Assembly: GCA_000388065.2 (NCBI GenBank)
Contig: KB932208.1
Strand: one strand, 5' to 3'
Origin: Fonticula alba ATCC 38817
Taxonomy: Eukaryota; Protista; Nucleariida
DNA length: 64,000 nucleotides
Part shown: positions 63,099 through 64,000 of the stretch, piece by piece
Layout of the letters: each line of letters begins with the position of its first letter
Position numbering within the stretch: the stretch's first letter is position 1
Position numbers and translations under genes: made by a program
The notes under the pieces: generated by a model
Told to the model about the DNA's origin: nothing
Database searches by the model: none
What the model saw: only the letters and a program-made list of their open reading frames with translations

Positions 63099-64000
63099 TC
63101 TCTTTCTTTCTCCCCAATCTGAGTCCCTTTGCGCTTACCTTCCGTGGCACACGCCCATACCCACGCCCACAGTTCCAATGCTGGCTTCGATAGCAAGACA
63201 CTCAGCAAGCGCATCGACACCTTCTTCCAGACCAAGGGCATCGTCTCGAATAACCAACATCGCGAGCCGATCATTGTCGTCCACCGGGACCACATCCTCG
63301 ACTCATCGGTTATCGCTGTGAACAAGCTCCGCCGCGAGGACATCGAGCGAAAGCTTGTGGTCAAGTTCCACGGGGAGGATGGGCTCGATTTTGGCGGCGT
63401 CGCCCGGTATGTCTTCCCACACCCGCGCCCATGTGCAACCCTACCAGAGGAGGGCGCCTCCTACTGACACCCCTCCCCCCCGACACCCCCCCCCCCCAGC
63501 GAGTGGATCAGCTCCCCTGCGTAATAAGCTCCTTGACAAGGATTACGCCTATTTCCGTGACCTTGAGTCGGAATCCGATCACCTTGGCCACGCCATCGAC
63601 CTTACGCACATCCGGTCGCTGGATGATGATGACGACTCGCGGCAGTTCTACAGCTTCTTTGGCCGTGTCCTGGGCCTTTGTCTGCGCAACCGCATCACCA
63701 TTGACGTGTGCTTCCCCCTTCACATCTACAAGCACCTCCTCGGTGCCGAGGTCACTCCGGAGGACCTGAAGAGCTTCGATCCGGGCCTCTATAACTCCTA
63801 CCAGCTGATGCGGTGCGCCCTCCCCTCCTTTTTCTTTCTTTCTCCGTCTGTCTCGCTCTCTCTCTCTCTCTCTTCTTTCCCTCTCCGCTCTCCGCTCCCT
63901 TCTCGCCTCTCCACTCTGGACCGGCCCATGTCCCAGCTCCGGCACTGACGTCTCTCCTGCTCGTTCATCTCCGGGCCTCTCCAGCAACCCCGAGGTCCTC
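61530..64000 (+). CDS. NEDD4/Rsp5-family E3 ligase (C2-WW x3-HECT), 3'-truncated by the window end, with an apparent 1-nt frameshift at 63514-63517; exons 61530-61738, 61902-62035, 62189-62243, 62409-62486, 62578-62759, 62855-63047, 63173-63406, 63500-63812, 63985->
   Basis: C2-like IIEVFHKV..LVGRFELPLPEL; WW1 LPRG|[26 protein letters not shown]; WW2 LPPGW|EVLL..YYYLNHNDRSSTWDYP; WW3 LPPLWEYK..IYFVDHSTQTTTWDDPR; HECT start KLVVKFHGEDGLDFGGVAR|EW, FYSFFGRVLGL, EDLKSFDPGLYNS. Confidence 0.92.

Overview
Eukaryotic, very GC-rich, intron-rich draft genomic DNA with 14 N-gaps (4196-4312, 8222-8613, 9286-9710, 11607-11707, 12759-13100, 20753-21070, 28388-28397, 29702-29743, 39623-39729, 47026-47048, 51209-51409, 52782-53496, 58593-58602, 59078-59887), most flanked by C/G homopolymers. 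The style (poly-C introns, CTRAC branch sites, opisthokont-like proteins) suggests a Fonticula-like holomycotan protist; this is inference only. I rebuilt 12 spliced genes by hand: profilin (+), VPS4 (-), AATF/BFR2 (-), mitoferrin (-), RNA Pol III RPC5/POLR3E (+), a ~779-aa low-complexity orphan (+), PUS7 (+), VPS8 (-), COX11 (+), a penta-EF-hand protein (-), UBA1 (-) and a C2-WW3-HECT NEDD4/Rsp5-family ligase (+, cut by the window end). Most long ORFs in the supplied track are GC-rich shadow frames. I found no tRNA, rRNA, CRISPR array or transposon. Main points of interest: (1) about 45 frame-validated 5' splice sites nearly all have C or T at +4 (GTGCGY/GTATGY/GTACGY) instead of A, predicting an altered U6/METTL16/SNRNP27K system; (2) UBA1 appears to have an upstream exon giving a two-start (NLS-bearing long / short) architecture like human UBA1a/b, and lies head-to-head with the HECT E3; (3) a 1-nt frameshift in the HECT domain; (4) VPS8 lacks its C-terminal RING; (5) an orphan disordered protein behind a ~6.8-kb gene-free region. 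None of these proves a novel system; all are testable hypotheses.
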